Positions 1-13,900 of a DNA stretch of 64,000 nt are shown here, piece by piece (the stretch's first letter is position 1; each line of letters starts with the position of its first letter). The stretch is from Laetmonice hystrix (taxonomy: Eukaryota): contig OZ249436.1 of NCBI GenBank assembly GCA_965235115.1, forward strand, positions 50,036,001-50,100,000, written 5' to 3'. Under the pieces are notes generated by a model that was not told the origin of the DNA, made no database searches, and was given only the letters and a program-made list of their open reading frames with translations. A program made the position numbers and the translations under genes.

Positions 1-1593
1 AGATCGGCCCTTTGGGCACAGTTCGTGAAAGGTTTTAGATCTTGCTTAAAGGCCGGGATTGGTTACCACCCGGTAACGTTGACCTCAGCTGACCCTGTTC
101 CCGGCCCAGATCAATGCTTGACGTATGCCTGATGTGAGCAGTAGTCAGGTCTGAGCAACAGGCAAGTGGCTACACCAGAATCCATGAACTTCCTTTTTAT
201 CCGTATTCGAGATACGCATACCGGTATATCTAAATTTTTATAACGATGTGTAGATTATATTCATAACCTGTCTCCACTTTCTTCCTCAAAACTATACATT
301 ATAACCTCATAGTTTATGAATAGAGTCTACGTTGTCAGATTTATTTGGTATGGCAGTTGCCGCAAGCATCAGGAAACGCGAATCTAACATTCAAAACGTA
401 ACCAAAACCAGAAAATGTAGCTAGATTTCAATATATGTTTGTAAACAGTCTGGCCTAGTTACAAGCTGAAACACTTACAAGGAGAAGACAGGTTGAGAAT
501 GTCATGACGCAGGTCTGGTTTCATCTGGTTTCTAAGGGAAACAGTGACATTGCCAACTGGCAGGTGTATCGTTATCAGATATCGTTCATCTGGTGAGAAC
601 TGCACAGAACTGCACTGCAAGGAGAAAAGAACGCCTTTCTTTCTGCACCTTACTCATGCCATCAAAGATTGATCATCTTTCTTCCTCTTCGTCATCTAAT
701 TATCAGGGATCTCGTTAGTGCAGCATGTGAGACAGGAAGGTAGAAATAAAATTACTGGTACCTTCTACCACATTACAGAAGGATGTTTTATCCGAGGGGG
801 TTATCATTCGACATTTTGTAAAGTCCTCAAATACTTCTATATATACAGGTGATATTTCTCCACCACAAATTAACAGTGTTGTTTTCATGGCAGTCACCTA
901 GATCCGTCTTATGCACGCCTCTAATGTCCTACAACGATCATTAGTGGAGGATCCCAGCAGCCGACAGATGACTCTGACCGTACAACCTAAACTGCTCCAA
1001 ATGGGAGACCAAAGCGTCCTGATGAAGGAGCCCTGATGACCGAGTGGCAAATGCTTTCTAACCGAATCAGCCAGGAGCCAAAGCAAACAGCACGTCCCCA
1101 TCATCAGGCGAGGAATGATTGGTTCTGACCGACCGTGTACCACCACCACTAGTAATCCAGCCCGTCTCATCGGACTGCCAATCCCGCAAGTCCGTCTTCC
1201 CAGCATGCCGCCTGTAATTGTGTTTGGCAATGGCCAAGGCCAGTGCAGTCAATCCACCATGCTGGCAACCCTCAATCTGCCCTCAAATTGTAAAGCTGCT
1301 CACACAGATTCTAAGGTTCTTTTCAGCCCTGAGAAACCAGACAATGAAAGCGTAGATTTATAATAGCCTGGGGTAGATATCACAGGCAATTATCTGTACC
1401 AGTATATAATTTGACCTGTCAAGTAAGGTATTTACAAGCCTGAAGTTAAACAGTGAACAGCACTTGGTGATCTCTGATTTTAGACCTACTGTGTTTATTG
1501 GAGCATGTAGATCTATGCCTGCCTACTAAATTAACCTAACCTTCAAACGTACCAGTGGCAAATACCAGAGTCTACATTACATCTAGTAATGGT

Positions 1594-1871
1594 AGAGGAA
1601 GAGAAGAAGACACAGAAGAAGACAACAGAGAAGACGACACATAAGAAGAAGATGAGGACTGAGGAGGAGGAGGAGGAGGAGGAGGAGGAGGAGGAGGAGG
1701 AGGAGCAGCAGAGGAAGAAGCAGAAGAAGAAGCAGAAGAAGAGGAAGAAGAAGCAGAAGACGCAGAAGAAGCAGAAGAAGCAGAAGAAGAAGAAGAAGAA
1801 GCAGAAGAAGAAGAAGAAGAAGAAGAAGAAGAAGAAGCAGAAGAAGAAGAAGAAGAAGCAGAAGAAGAAGG
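1594..1871 (+). repeat. Compound (GAG)n/(GAA)n/(GCAGAAGAA) microsatellite
   Basis: Purine-rich triplet runs; explains the low-complexity ORFs at 1543-1907. Confidence 0.95.
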
Positions 1872-3046
1872 ATGCCAATGATTGAATATGGCTGGAGGAT
1901 GTGACATTTATGAGGCTCTAGCCATCACCTCCTGAACAAACACGCCGAGAAGAACCCTCTTGGGTATGAAGGATTGATAGGTGAATCTGGTCTGCCGACT
2001 GCGATGACCACAGGGCCATGACTAAGGCGGTACACGCCACCCTGGCCGGCTTTGATGGACCACAAGGCTGTGTGGGTCCTGGCTATCTGACCACAGCACT
2101 TAGCGTCACCTACAATGTATGATCTAGTATGGGACAGGCTGGTCAGTGTTCATGTCTCATATCTCATCAGTGACCAACCGCCGACGGTGCACTACTCACT
2201 GGTACCAGGTGGGCGAAGCAGACGAAACACCACGCATTTATCCTCAGCAACTCTCTTTTCATATTGTGATGATGAATGATAATGATGATGATGAAGAAGA
2301 CGATGGTGAAATATGCAGGAAACTGTCATCTAATTCCACAAAACCCATAATCAATGTAATATGCTGACTGGCAGCGGGACAATCTTATCCCTGTTATAAC
2401 TATGGACCAGAAGAAGACAAACCATGACCTGCTCTTTTCGAGGAGTGAGCTGGCCCACTGCCAGGGACTTACCCCTTCCGGTTTGCCCACTACCTGTTCT
2501 TTACATCGGAACCAACAAGTACTTCACTATGGGCAAGGTCACACTGACGTTTCCCCCAGGTCTGTGGTGGTGAGCTGTATGTGAAAATACCAGCTGACCC
2601 GTGTAGTACCTGGGGGAAATCCTCAGTGTAAACCTGCCCAAACTTTTACTGAAGTAACATAAATACAAGACCTCTTCCTCACGGCATGTTCTCACCGAGG
2701 ATTTAACTTTAAGCACAGATAGGCCCCGGGCGAAGTTGCTCTGGAGCAGCAGTGAGAACCTGAGACAAAAGGACAGGAAGTCTAATTTCCCTTGGGCGAC
2801 TATTTCCAAACTCTATAATCTATTTTGCGGACAGTATACTAGAGAATAGGTCAATGACCTTACCAGAAATAGTCACAGAACCGCCTTCAATGACCTTGAG
2901 TGGCAGCAGAAACGCCTTTGATGACCTTGAGTGGCAGCCAAAACGCCCTTAATGACCCTGTCCCGTAACAAGTGCCAAACGCAGTGAAGGTTGTGATACT
3001 GATGATATAGACATGCCAGTTGTCCTGGTTGGTAGGAATGTGCACA

Positions 3047-4248
3047 TGGCTGTTAATGCTGACTGACAGACAAAAACACTGTCCAGCGGCAGTGCACACA
3101 GGGCTGTTAATGCTGACTGACAAACAAAAACCCTGTCCAGCGGCAGTACACACACGGCTGTTAATGCTGACTGACAGACAAAAACCCTGTCCAGCGGCAG
3201 TGCACACAGGGCTGTTAATGCTGACTGACAGACAAAAACACTGTCCAGCGGCAGTGCACACAGGGCTGTTAATGCTGACTGACAGACAAAAACCCTGTCC
3301 AGCGGCAGTGCACACACTGGCACAGGGCTGTTAATGCTGACTGACAGACAAAAATACTGTCCAGCGGCAGTGCACACAGGGCTGTTAATGCTGACTGACA
3401 GACAAAAACCCTGTCCAGCGGCAGCGAACACAGGCCTGTTAATGCTGACTGACAGACAAAAACTTGTCCAGAGGCAGTACACACACGGCTGTTAATTAAT
3501 GCTGACTGACAGACAAAAACACTGTCCAGCGGCAGTGCACACAGGGCTGTTAATGCTGACTGACAGACAAAAACCCTGTCCAGCGGCAGTGCACACACTG
3601 GCACAGGGCTGTTAATGCTGACTGACAGACAAAAACACTGTCCAGCGGCAGTGCACACAGGGCTGTTAATGCTGACTGACAGACAAAAACACTGTCCAGC
3701 GGCAGCGAACACAGGCCTGTTAATGCTGACTGACAGACAAAAACTTGTCCAGAGGCAGTACACACACGGCTGTTAATGCTGACTGACAGACAAAAACTTG
3801 TCCAGAGGCAGTACACACACGGCTGTTAATGCTGACTGACAGACAAAAACACTGTCCAGCGGCAGTGCACACAGGGCTGTTAATGCTGACTGACAGACAA
3901 AAACCCTGTCCAGCGGCAGCGAACACAGGCCTGTTAATGCTGACTGACAGATAAAGCCTTGTTCATAGGCAGTGCGCATATGGCTGTTAATGCCGACCGA
4001 CAGACAAAAACCCTGTCCAGCGGCAGCGAACACAGGGCTGTTAATGCTGACTGACAGACAAAGCCTTGTTCATAGGCAGTGCGCATATGGCTGTTAATGC
4101 CGACCGACAGACAAAATCTTGTTCAGACTGAGGCAATACACAATGCTGACTGACAGACAAAACCCTGTCCAGAGGCAGTGCACACAGGGCTGTTAGTGCT
4201 GACTGACAGACAAAGTGTTGTTTTATAGAGGCAGTGCACACAGGGCTG
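3047..4248. repeat. 54-bp minisatellite, about 22 copies
   Basis: Unit ctgttaatgctgactgacagacaaaaa(c/a)(c/a)ctgtccagcggcagtgcacacaggg. Consecutive starts at 3050 and 3104; 53- and 61-bp variants present. Confidence 0.95.
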
Positions 4249-4832
4249 CCTATCTTACCGGAATAATGCCGTCTGCTGGTATTTTCTCCCCCTCCAAGAA
4301 CACCTGACATAATCCTCTAGCTTGACCGCAATTCCCCAGCAAGGCAGCCGTCGGATCGGTGGTTTCAATGTTAAAGCATTAGTTGCACTGTGTACGTATG
4401 AGATTGAATATGGTTTCTCTTTGAATGGGGATATTCTTATCACTGAAACTGCAATGCCAAGCAATTGTACTGCAATTGTAACATGTACATCGACTGCCCG
4501 ATTGCTGCAACCGTCTGACGTACTGGGAAAGGTACTCGTGACGCCATTCCATGTGCAGTAACATGCAAATTATCCTTGGAGTTACAAAAATTGTCAAAGT
4601 ATCAGAATTAATCAATTTAGAAATGATTTATGGCTTCCAAGAATTTCACAGTTATCCAGGAAGTAGCTTGAATCGACTTTTCTTTATGAATGAGGTCCAG
4701 GGTGCATGGGCTGGCCTGGTTCTGTTACATATTCTCTGCTCAAAGACCAGTGAATTAACCCTCCACACTCATGAAGATTTTCTATGCACAACGGGCCAAC
4801 TCTTATCAACAGAATCACAAAAAGTTAATTAA

Positions 4833-5230
4833 AGGGATCCAATTGCATCAAATTTTCCAGAGATAATCTGTCCTGCCTGCACAGAAATATATCATATTAC
4901 AACGATCTACATCATTATGTGTCGATTTACTTCTAACAATAGCGAAACTGGACTAGTAAACGTGCCATTCTTTGCTTGGACGGTGAAAAATGTTTTACCC
5001 ACTAGCATCGGTCCAACTAACACCGAAACCGACTGAAACTGACTAATCTCTTTGCCATCTGGACCTGGAGGCCAAGGTCGGTTTTGGTCAGTCTCGGTAA
5101 ATTCGTTAGGTTTCGGTGTTTAGTCGCTAAACATGATTTGCATCTCGTCTATGATGAATTTGCAAACATGCAGCTAGCTATATCGCAAATAGTTGGAGTT
5201 TTTCTAACATAAAGATACAATTGGATCCCT
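4833..5230. mobile_element. Non-autonomous DNA transposon, TTAA-flanked (Kolobok-like), family B
   Basis: TTAA|agggatccaattgcatc ... gatacaattggatccct|ataa. The first ~160 bp match 25436-25590, and the first ~65 bp match the reverse complement of 27215-27276. Confidence 0.65.
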
Positions 5231-6191
5231 ATAAGGAAGTATAGCACTGGCTTGGGATTTCAAGTCATCCTCCAGTGATCTCACGCTAGCCACCTTCCAA
5301 ACAAACTGCACCACAGCTGCACATTGTAAAATGTCTGAAGTCTGAACCAGGTCAGCCAATATCCCAGGCCGCTTTGCCTCAGGTTCTTCATGTCTATAGT
5401 TAAAATCTACTTTTATATTTTTTAAATGACACTTATACTTTTACCCACCTTAAAAAAAGATAGGCTTTATTTGGAAAAAAAAACCTTTGTCCAGAGGGAA
5501 CGTCTGCTGACCTCTCATCTCTGGGTTCAAATCTCCTTTGTGCTGGATGCGAGATGGTTTGTCAGTTACTTTTTGTCCTCAATGTGGTTCCCCATCTTCA
5601 TATATATATATACATGTATATGTTTCTTCGTTTTATATAATACCCTCGTCCGTTCCTAGAATCCTAGAAACCCCTCATAATGTTTGAACACTGCAAGGTC
5701 GGCACTTCTCTCCATTATCAAGGGATGACTTGCCATATCCCGGACACTGATTACAGGTAACTGGGGTTGAGTGAGTTGACCCCAGGAGTAAAACCTCATT
5801 TATAATTCACCACGTAAGTGGCTCGATGGGATGAGTGGGAGTGGAGACTGCGGCATGGCCAGAGATCCGGAGTGCCTGATGGGCCTGCAACTGACACGGA
5901 TATATCAGCCACCCATCACCCTGGAGACTGTAGTATTTGTAAGAAAGATAATTAGCTTGCCAATACACGAGTGTCCATATGTTTTGATTCTGGACCGAAG
6001 TTAGTCCAGAGTCTGGTAATACTGATTCTACAAATCTGGCATCCATTTAGGATGGTCCAGCAAATCATTCATGAGCTAATTAAACAGTTACAGAACGGTT
6101 AGACCTGAGTACTACCATTATTACAGCGTTATTGAACCTCTATCCCGTCTCTTATACCGCGACAATCAGTGCTATAAATATTCCGAGTTAG

Positions 6192-6528
6192 ACTTGGACA
6201 AATAGGGCCCTGTTACTCAGACAAATTGGGCCATATTACTTGGATAAATAGGGTCCTGTTATTTGGACAAACAGGGCCCTATTACTCGGAAAAATAGGAC
6301 CCTATTACTTGGACAGGGTCCTGTTACTTGGACAAATAGGGTTCTTTTACTTGGACAAGTAGGGTCCTGTTACTTGGACAAATAGGGCCCCATTACTTGG
6401 ACAAAAAGAGTCCTGATACTTGGACAAATAGGGCCCTGTTACTTGAAAAAATAAGGCCCTATCACTTGGACAGGGTCCTGATACTTGGACAAATCGTTCT
6501 GATACTGGGACAAACAGAGCCCTGTTAT
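6192..6528. repeat. Degenerate ~23-bp minisatellite
   Basis: About 14 copies of ttacttggacaaatagggccctg. Confidence 0.85.
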
Positions 6529-7141
6529 TTTACTAGTTATACGTGGTCATATTTTTCTATATACCGTGTCAGAGGGATATTGCGAATGAACCTCAAAAAT
6601 GAAAAATCAAGCTTTACTTGTTCAGGTCACGAAATATCGACATGATCACCGTCGATGGTAAGCGGATGGAGTTGGTGTCGGTGGGTTGAGCCATACACAG
6701 CCGACTTAGCTCACACATTACCCTATAAATGGTTTGTTCCACACCAGTGGCTGCCTGCCTTCCTGCCTGCCAGCCTACCAGCCAACCTACCGGCCGGCCC
6801 GCCTCGGTCAGGCACGATCGACCTTTCTGCAGGCAATGCACACAATGATCCAAAACATACCCTTCCCTGACGTCGAGCCATTACCCACAAACCCTGCGCC
6901 CAGCGAGCAGGGTTAGCCCCTGGATGACCAGGAGCCACAGAAAGGGTTACTTTACTGTCTTCAGACCAGTGCTAAGATAATTACGCAGGTATTAATGTTA
7001 TACTAATTGTAACAGAAAATCTACTCTATTCCCACTCGATCAAACAATATCATAAGGATCATTTTTATTTTTATTTAAACTATTAAACCAACAGTAAGCC
7101 CTGCTACAGACAGCTCTTTGTGAGAATCTGATGAAACTTAC

Positions 7142-7363
7142 ATTTTGGGGCCGAACTCCTGGCATGGTCAAATCCATGGTATATGTCCCATCCCCACTGT
7201 CGGACGGATCCGTCTGAACAGGTTGGTTCCAGGTTCGAGAGCCGGGCGTTTCAGGTTTTGGCACATGATCGGGCAAAGGTTTCCTTCGTTCTAAATCCTC
7301 AAGATGGCAGCTGCAGAGGACTGTCCAGAGAAGCAGCACTCCTGAAAGTCGTACCCCACTCAT
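7142..7363 (-). CDS. PAM: Peptidylglycine alpha-amidating/alpha-hydroxylating monooxygenase (PAM/PHM), first coding exon
   Basis: 74 codons: signal peptide MSGVRLSGVLLLWTVLCSC, then ...TYTMDLTMPGVRPQN ending at a phase-0 donor AAT|gtaagt. Resembles the PHM core start (human LDIRMPGVTPKQ, recalled from memory, where I also recall an intron at this position). Upstream acceptor gtttctctgttgcag at 7537-7536 defines an exon 7535-7142. Monofunctional PHM versus bifunctional PAM cannot be told from this exon. Confidence 0.75.
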
Positions 7364-7423
7364 GACTGGCGCTCTTTTGACCTTCTATGTTTGGTGACGG
7401 TTTGAACAGTTTTCTGTGCGTTA

Positions 7424-7511
7424 CTATCTGTTGTATCCAAGAGATGCCATTGTGTGTGTCCTTGAGTGAACGTTATGTTGTGGTTTAATGGTCAGGCTGC
7501 CCGTAGAACAT
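7424..7511 (-). promoter_or_regulatory. Two short uORFs in the PAM/PHM 5' UTR
   Basis: 7511-7485 MFYGQPDH* and 7450-7424 MASLGYNR* (acaATGG context), both between the predicted acceptor (7535) and the main ATG (7363). Confidence 0.5.
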
Positions 7512-10500
7512 GCTCCAATTCAAGATGGTGACCGTCTGCAACAGAGAAACAGTTAAATTTATGACTGTTTGAAATGGGGTGGGGTGGCCTGGGGCGACAG
7601 CTATGACATAAGTCATAAGATTATATCTGGTAGTGAATTACAGATAGTTGGTTTTGAACAGACCCAGCCACTGGAACCGTGACACAAATAGAACTAGGGG
7701 TTTTATAAGTGCACTGTGACTGGCCTGAAGAGATCCACTTCATTCTACATACAGAGAAAACATCAAGGCAGGTTGACTGAGGGGTGAAGGCAATGTAAGT
7801 CCGCCGGAATGGAGGTCCGCCGGACCTGGATTCCTTGGTTATGCAGGTCCTAGGTCATCAACTTCGTGGTATAAGACACTATAATTGAGAAAATACAAAT
7901 GTTAGGATTAGGGATAGGATTATGAAGAAATATTTAAATAATAAAACATCACGGACTTCAAGTCCTCGGGTAGCTGCAATCATCTGATGCTATGGACATG
8001 TGTAAGGGAAACGAATAGGTCAAATTATTGGCAATCAGGCATGAGGAAAACACCAAATCTACACATCTCTGCAGACTGATTCACCGATTGATAGATCAAT
8101 ATAGGCCCTATATGTTTACGATTACACGTGCAGATACTGGGTCGGCTGAATCAAGAATCATTCCAAGCGTCACGAGGCATGACGTTTAGAATATTGGCGT
8201 TATTTCGATATTTACACCTCCTCTCTTCACCTGTCTCAGGCTGCCTTTATTTCTCTCCTTCAATGAGGACCCACGGTGGACCGCATGCTGCCCAATGCAA
8301 ACGTCGCACACCTGTCCACACACAACCTTTGGTCGGCGAGGAGGAAATCTATATTTATCTTTTAAATATGGAATCTCCTAATATTCTGCGAAAAATGCCA
8401 AACGCACCATTTTTAAAATGCACAATAATTCTGCGGAATGAAGAAGGAATGGTCGGCATCACACACGCCAGCAATCTGGTGCCTCTCCTTGTATAAGCTG
8501 TACTTCAATCTAATTCCCAATCAGTCTGCCACCGTGCAATCCAGTGTCAATTACGTTGGTCGATCACATCGGTAAAGGCTATTCTTGATACCTGCTGGTC
8601 TAACACGTGCCAGCAACTCTATAGCCGCAAGTCATGCAACACTTAGCATAGAGAACCACAGGGAAATCTGTTCACACAGGGCAGAAAATCATTACCTAAT
8701 ATTATCAATCCATATTCTTGGGGGTTGATTCAGGTTTTCATCGAACTTTCAAAAACATGTATCAGGCTTTGTCACTTCCAACCGCTTTTTAAAACATCAC
8801 AGATCTACATCTACCTTGATACTTGGTGAAGTCTGCATTATTCACAAGTTTTGAGGAGTCAGCACAGTCTATTTCAGGTATCCTTGGTTACAGACACCAC
8901 GTTAATTGAGGTGGCAGATTGTATCACACCTGACAGTTGCCCACTCACTACAACCAACTAGCTTAGCAATCAAAATGTACCAGGTACAAATTCATTCTGC
9001 CAGATAATATCGCAAGTAAATTTAGCAGATGACCGAGTCTATCCGGACATTTAATATTGGTGCTTAACTGGTAAAAATAACAACCAACTTCCAGCATATA
9101 TATTCATTTCATCCCATGAACTTTTCTTTTCGAACTCTTGGTGCAAAATTGATGCTTTTAGATTGGCATTTTAATTTTCAAATTGCAAAAAACAAAATCT
9201 ATTTTATGGAGATACAATACCCTGCAACATATTATACCACCTCAACTGTTTTGTACATGTAGATCAATATAGCTGCACAGATGCGTATTCATGAGACCTA
9301 ATTAGTGGTCCATTAAACCAATTTTTCAATTTTTGCAGATACAATATTCTTGCTTTCAGCCAGCAATGTAATCTCTTATGCGGCAATCATCCGTAAGACA
9401 AAGTTTTTAACAAATCTGAGTAAATTGTTAACATTTCTGACACATTGTATCAATATGAAGTTTACAGTAGTGAGCCAGAATTCAGAGTTTGATAGGCCCT
9501 AATTATGGTATTTATCTAACCCAACAAGTTATGTTCTAAACCCAGACGGAGGACCTTACAGTGGAGAAGATCTCCGTTGTGATATAATTAAAATCTACTT
9601 ACACTATCTTGACTCAGACATCAGTGTTCATGTTCAAAATGAATATTTATCGCAGTACTCGTACGATTCGGCTGTGCACATTTATTGGAGCCTATTGGAA
9701 CGTGAAGGAGCCTGGAGGGGATCTATCTCGTATGTAGTAATCTATTGTCACCGTGAAGACGGACAGATGGCCACAAGGTGGGAGACCACCTTTTACTATT
9801 GATACGAGTAGTCGATCCATATTACACAGGAGACGCTACACTCCGCGGCTGAATGTTCACGTCCAGCTACACTGTCATTATGCAGTCCTTGGGTTCCGTC
9901 AGCGTCATATGCTGAAGCTGTCTTCCATTTGGTGAATCAATAAACACATCTTGGGTACAAGTCTTCAGTCTGTTTGTCTCGGCTGTCGTTCTGCTGTATA
10001 ATAACGGTTTTAGATGGTGGTTGTTGTAACCATAGGGGGATCCCCGTCTTCCACGACATTGACACATAAGATATCAAAGCCCTTGGCTGCACTAGTGCAG
10101 GGAGAATATTCCGTTTTGAGCGATGCCCAAAGATATCTGGGATAGCTTGGGATGGTCAGACGCGCTTATTGAAACACACCCAGACAGTCTGTCCATCTCC
10201 TGACGTTGAGGAGTTGATGATTCAATCAACAGCTCTATCAGTATTCACATTGTGCCAGTAACTGCCACTGGTAGGCAGTAATCTCCGGGGTACTCATAAT
10301 TGCACTCAGCCTGTTGTAAATATTAAGTTAACTGCAAAATGTTCAACTATATATCTGGAGGGAAATAAATGGTTGCCAAATGCCAATGTCATAAAACTAT
10401 ATTACTAGGCTAGCTAAGTCATGGTCCTCCCCATCAGTTTCCAACCAATTAAGTCCTTGGGCAAGGATTTACACTGACAGTTTTGAAATGCCGTGTAATT

Positions 10501-10983
10501 CCAAAATTTATGTATTATCCAAAGTTCTGGTTTAATATAGTATTTATATAAATGGGCTTAAAATACGGTAACAACAGTAAGCATGCCATCTGACACAAAC
10601 AATGAACTTTAAAACACCTTGGTATACCCATTTGCTTTCTGAGACTCAAAAGGTTTCCATGATGGGAAAGAGGCTGGGAAGGTGAAACTTTTTTTAAATT
10701 TTCTCATTGAGATCAACAGGGAGACAACTCTGGATGTCACCCGTGTCCTACCATCCTAAACCAGCACCGACTGACATTACCAGCAATTTTAATCCACGGG
10801 CGGTCGGGCACAATGCCCCTCAGTGCAAATACAAACCATGGCTCAGTCCTGCTCACTGCAAACACCGCCTACAAGGCCCCAGAGCACGTGAGCTGTCCAT
10901 AAAATATTGGCAAGTCCCAGAACACCAGCAGCCCCTAAAACGTTGGCAGGCCACAGTCCTGAGCACTAACAAACCAAGGCATA

Positions 10984-13900
10984 ACCAACACTCACAGGCC
11001 TAACCAGTGGTTTCAACATGTGGTCAGACTGAGACTGAACACTTGGACCACAACTGATACCATATTGAGGTACCAAGGTACAACACCAACACTCACAGAC
11101 CTAACCAGTGGTTTCAACATGTGGTCAGACTGAGACTGAACACTTGGACCACAACTGATACCATATTGAGGTACCAAGGTACAACACCAACACTCACAGA
11201 CCCAACCAGTGGTTTCAACATGTGGTCAGACTGAGACTGAACACTTGGACCACAACTGATACCATATCGAGGTACCAAGGTACAACACCAGCACTCACAG
11301 ACCCAACCAGTGGTTTCAACATGTGGTCAGACTGAGACTGAACACTTGGACCACAACTGATACCATATTGAGGTACCAAGGTACAACACCAACACTCACA
11401 GGCCCAACCAGTGGTTTCAACATGTGGTCAGACTGAGACTGAACACTTGGACCACAACTGATACCATATTGAGGTACCAAGGTACAACACCAACACTCAC
11501 AGACCCAACCAGTGGTTTCAACATGTGGTCAGACTGAGACTGAACACTTGGACCACAACTGATACCATATTGAGGTACCAAGGTACAACACCAACACTCA
11601 CAGACCCAACCAGTGGTTTCAACATGTGGTCAGACTGAGACTGAACACTTGGACCACAACTGATACCATATTGAGGTACCAAGGACGGTACAACACCAAC
11701 ACTCACAGGCCCAACCAGTGGTTTCAACATGTGGTCAGACTGAGACTGAACACTTGGACCACAACTGATACCATATTGAGGTACCAAGGTACAACACCAA
11801 CACTCACAGACCCAACCAGTGGTTTCAACATGTGGTCAGACTGAGACTGAACACTTGGACCACAACTGATACCATATTGAGGTACCAAGGTACAACACCA
11901 ACACTCACAGACCCAACCAGTGGTTTCAACATGTGGTCAGACTGAGACTGAACACTTGGACCACAACTGATACCATATCGAGGTACCAAGGTACAACACC
12001 AACACTCACAGGCCTAACCAGTGGTTTCAACATGTGGTCAGACTGAGACTGAACACTTGGACCACAACTGATACCATATTGAGGTACCAAGGTACAACAC
12101 CAACACTCACAGACCCAACCAGTGGTTTCAACATGTGGTCAGACTGAGGCTGAACACTTGGACCACAACTGATACCATATTGAGGTACCAAGGTACAACA
12201 CCAACACTCACAGACCCAACCAGTGGTTTCAACATGTGGTCAGACTGAGACTGAACACTTGGACCACAACTGATACCATATTAAGGTACCAAGGTACAAC
12301 ACCAACACTCACAGACCTAACCAGTGGTTTCAACATGTGGTCAGACTGAGACTGAACACTTGGACCACAACTGATACCATATTGAGGTACCAAGGTACAA
12401 CACCAACACTCACAGACCCAACCAGTGGTTTCAACATGTGGTCAGACTGAGACTGAACACTTGGACCACAACTGATACCATATTGAGGTACCAAGGTACA
12501 ACACCAACACTCACAGACCCAACCAGTGGTTTCAACATGTGGTCAGACTGAGACTGAACACTTGGACCACAACTGATACCATATTGAGGTACCAAGGTAC
12601 AACACCAACACTCACAGACCCAGTGGTTTCAACATGTGGTCAGACTGAGACTGAACACTTGGACCACAACTGATACCATATTGAGGTACCAAGGTACAAC
12701 ACCAACACTCACAGGCCCAACCAGTGGTTTCAACATGTGGTCAGACTGAGACTGAACACTTGGACCACAACTGATACCATATCGAGGTACCAAGGTACAA
12801 CACCAACACTCACAGGCCCAACCAGTGGTTTCAACATGTGGTCAGACTGAGACTGAACACTTGGACCACAACTGATACCATATTGAGGTACCAAGGTGTT
12901 CACCAACACTCTCAGACCCAACCAGTGGTTTCAACATGTGGTCAGACTGAGACTGAACACTTGGACCACAACTGATACCATATTGAGGTACCAAGGTACA
13001 ACACCAACACTCACAGGCCCAACCAGTGGTTTCAACATGTGGTCAGACTGAGACTGAACACTTGGACCACAACTGATACCATATCGAGGTACCAAGGTAC
13101 ACTCACAGACCCATCCAGTGGTTTCAACATGTGGTCAGACTGAGACTGAACACTTGGACCACAACTGATACCATATTGAGGTACCAAGGTACAACACCAA
13201 CACTCACAGACCCAACCAGTGGTTTCAACATGTGGTCAGACTGAGACTGAACACTTGGACCACAACTGATACCATATTGAGGTACCAAGGTACAACACCA
13301 ACACTCACAGACCCAACCAGTGGTTTCAACATGTGGTCAGACTGAGACTGAACACTTGGACCACAACTGATACCATATTGAGGTACCAAGGTACAACACC
13401 AACACTCACAGACCCAGTGGTTTCAACATGTGGTCAGACTGAGACTGAACACTTGGACCACAACTGATACCATATTGAGGTACCAAGGTACAACACCAAC
13501 ACTCACAGACCCAACCAGTGGTTTCAACATGTGGTCAGACTGAGACTGAACACTTGGACCACAACTGATATCATATCGAGGTACCAAGGTACAACACCAA
13601 CACTCACAGGCCCAACCAGTGGTTTCAACATGTGGTCAGACTGAGACTGAACACTTGGACCACAACTGATACCATATTGAGGTACCAAGGTACAACACCA
13701 ACACTCACAGACCCAACCAGTGGTTTCAACATGTGGTCAGACTGAGACTGAACACTTGGACCACAACTGATACCATATTGAGGTACCAAGGTACAACACC
13801 AACACTCACAGGCCCAACCAGTGGTTTCAACATGTGGTCAGACTGAGACTGAACACTTGGACCACAACTGATACCATATTGAGGTACCAAGGTACAACAC

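Noticed and set aside
479..614. Minus-strand candidate second PAM exon (strong acceptor ttttctccttgcag, donor gtaagt, open phase-0 frame CSSVQFSPDERYLI...)
   Set aside because: Only faint likeness to PHM. It lacks the DTYxC lead-in and the HH copper ligands. It could be a cryptic exon but cannot be supported without RNA data.
1543..1907. Poly-K/E, poly-F and poly-S/P ORFs
   Set aside because: They are translations of a GAA/GAG microsatellite.
2501..2809. ORF containing YLC...TAHHH, reminiscent of PHM YFC...TVHH
   Set aside because: The intervening residues and the sequence after HH do not match PHM, and no compatible splice sites fit; likely coincidence.
2887..4310. Cys-rich repetitive ORFs
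   Set aside because: Artefact of a 54-bp (multiple of 3) minisatellite, broken by frameshifting variants.
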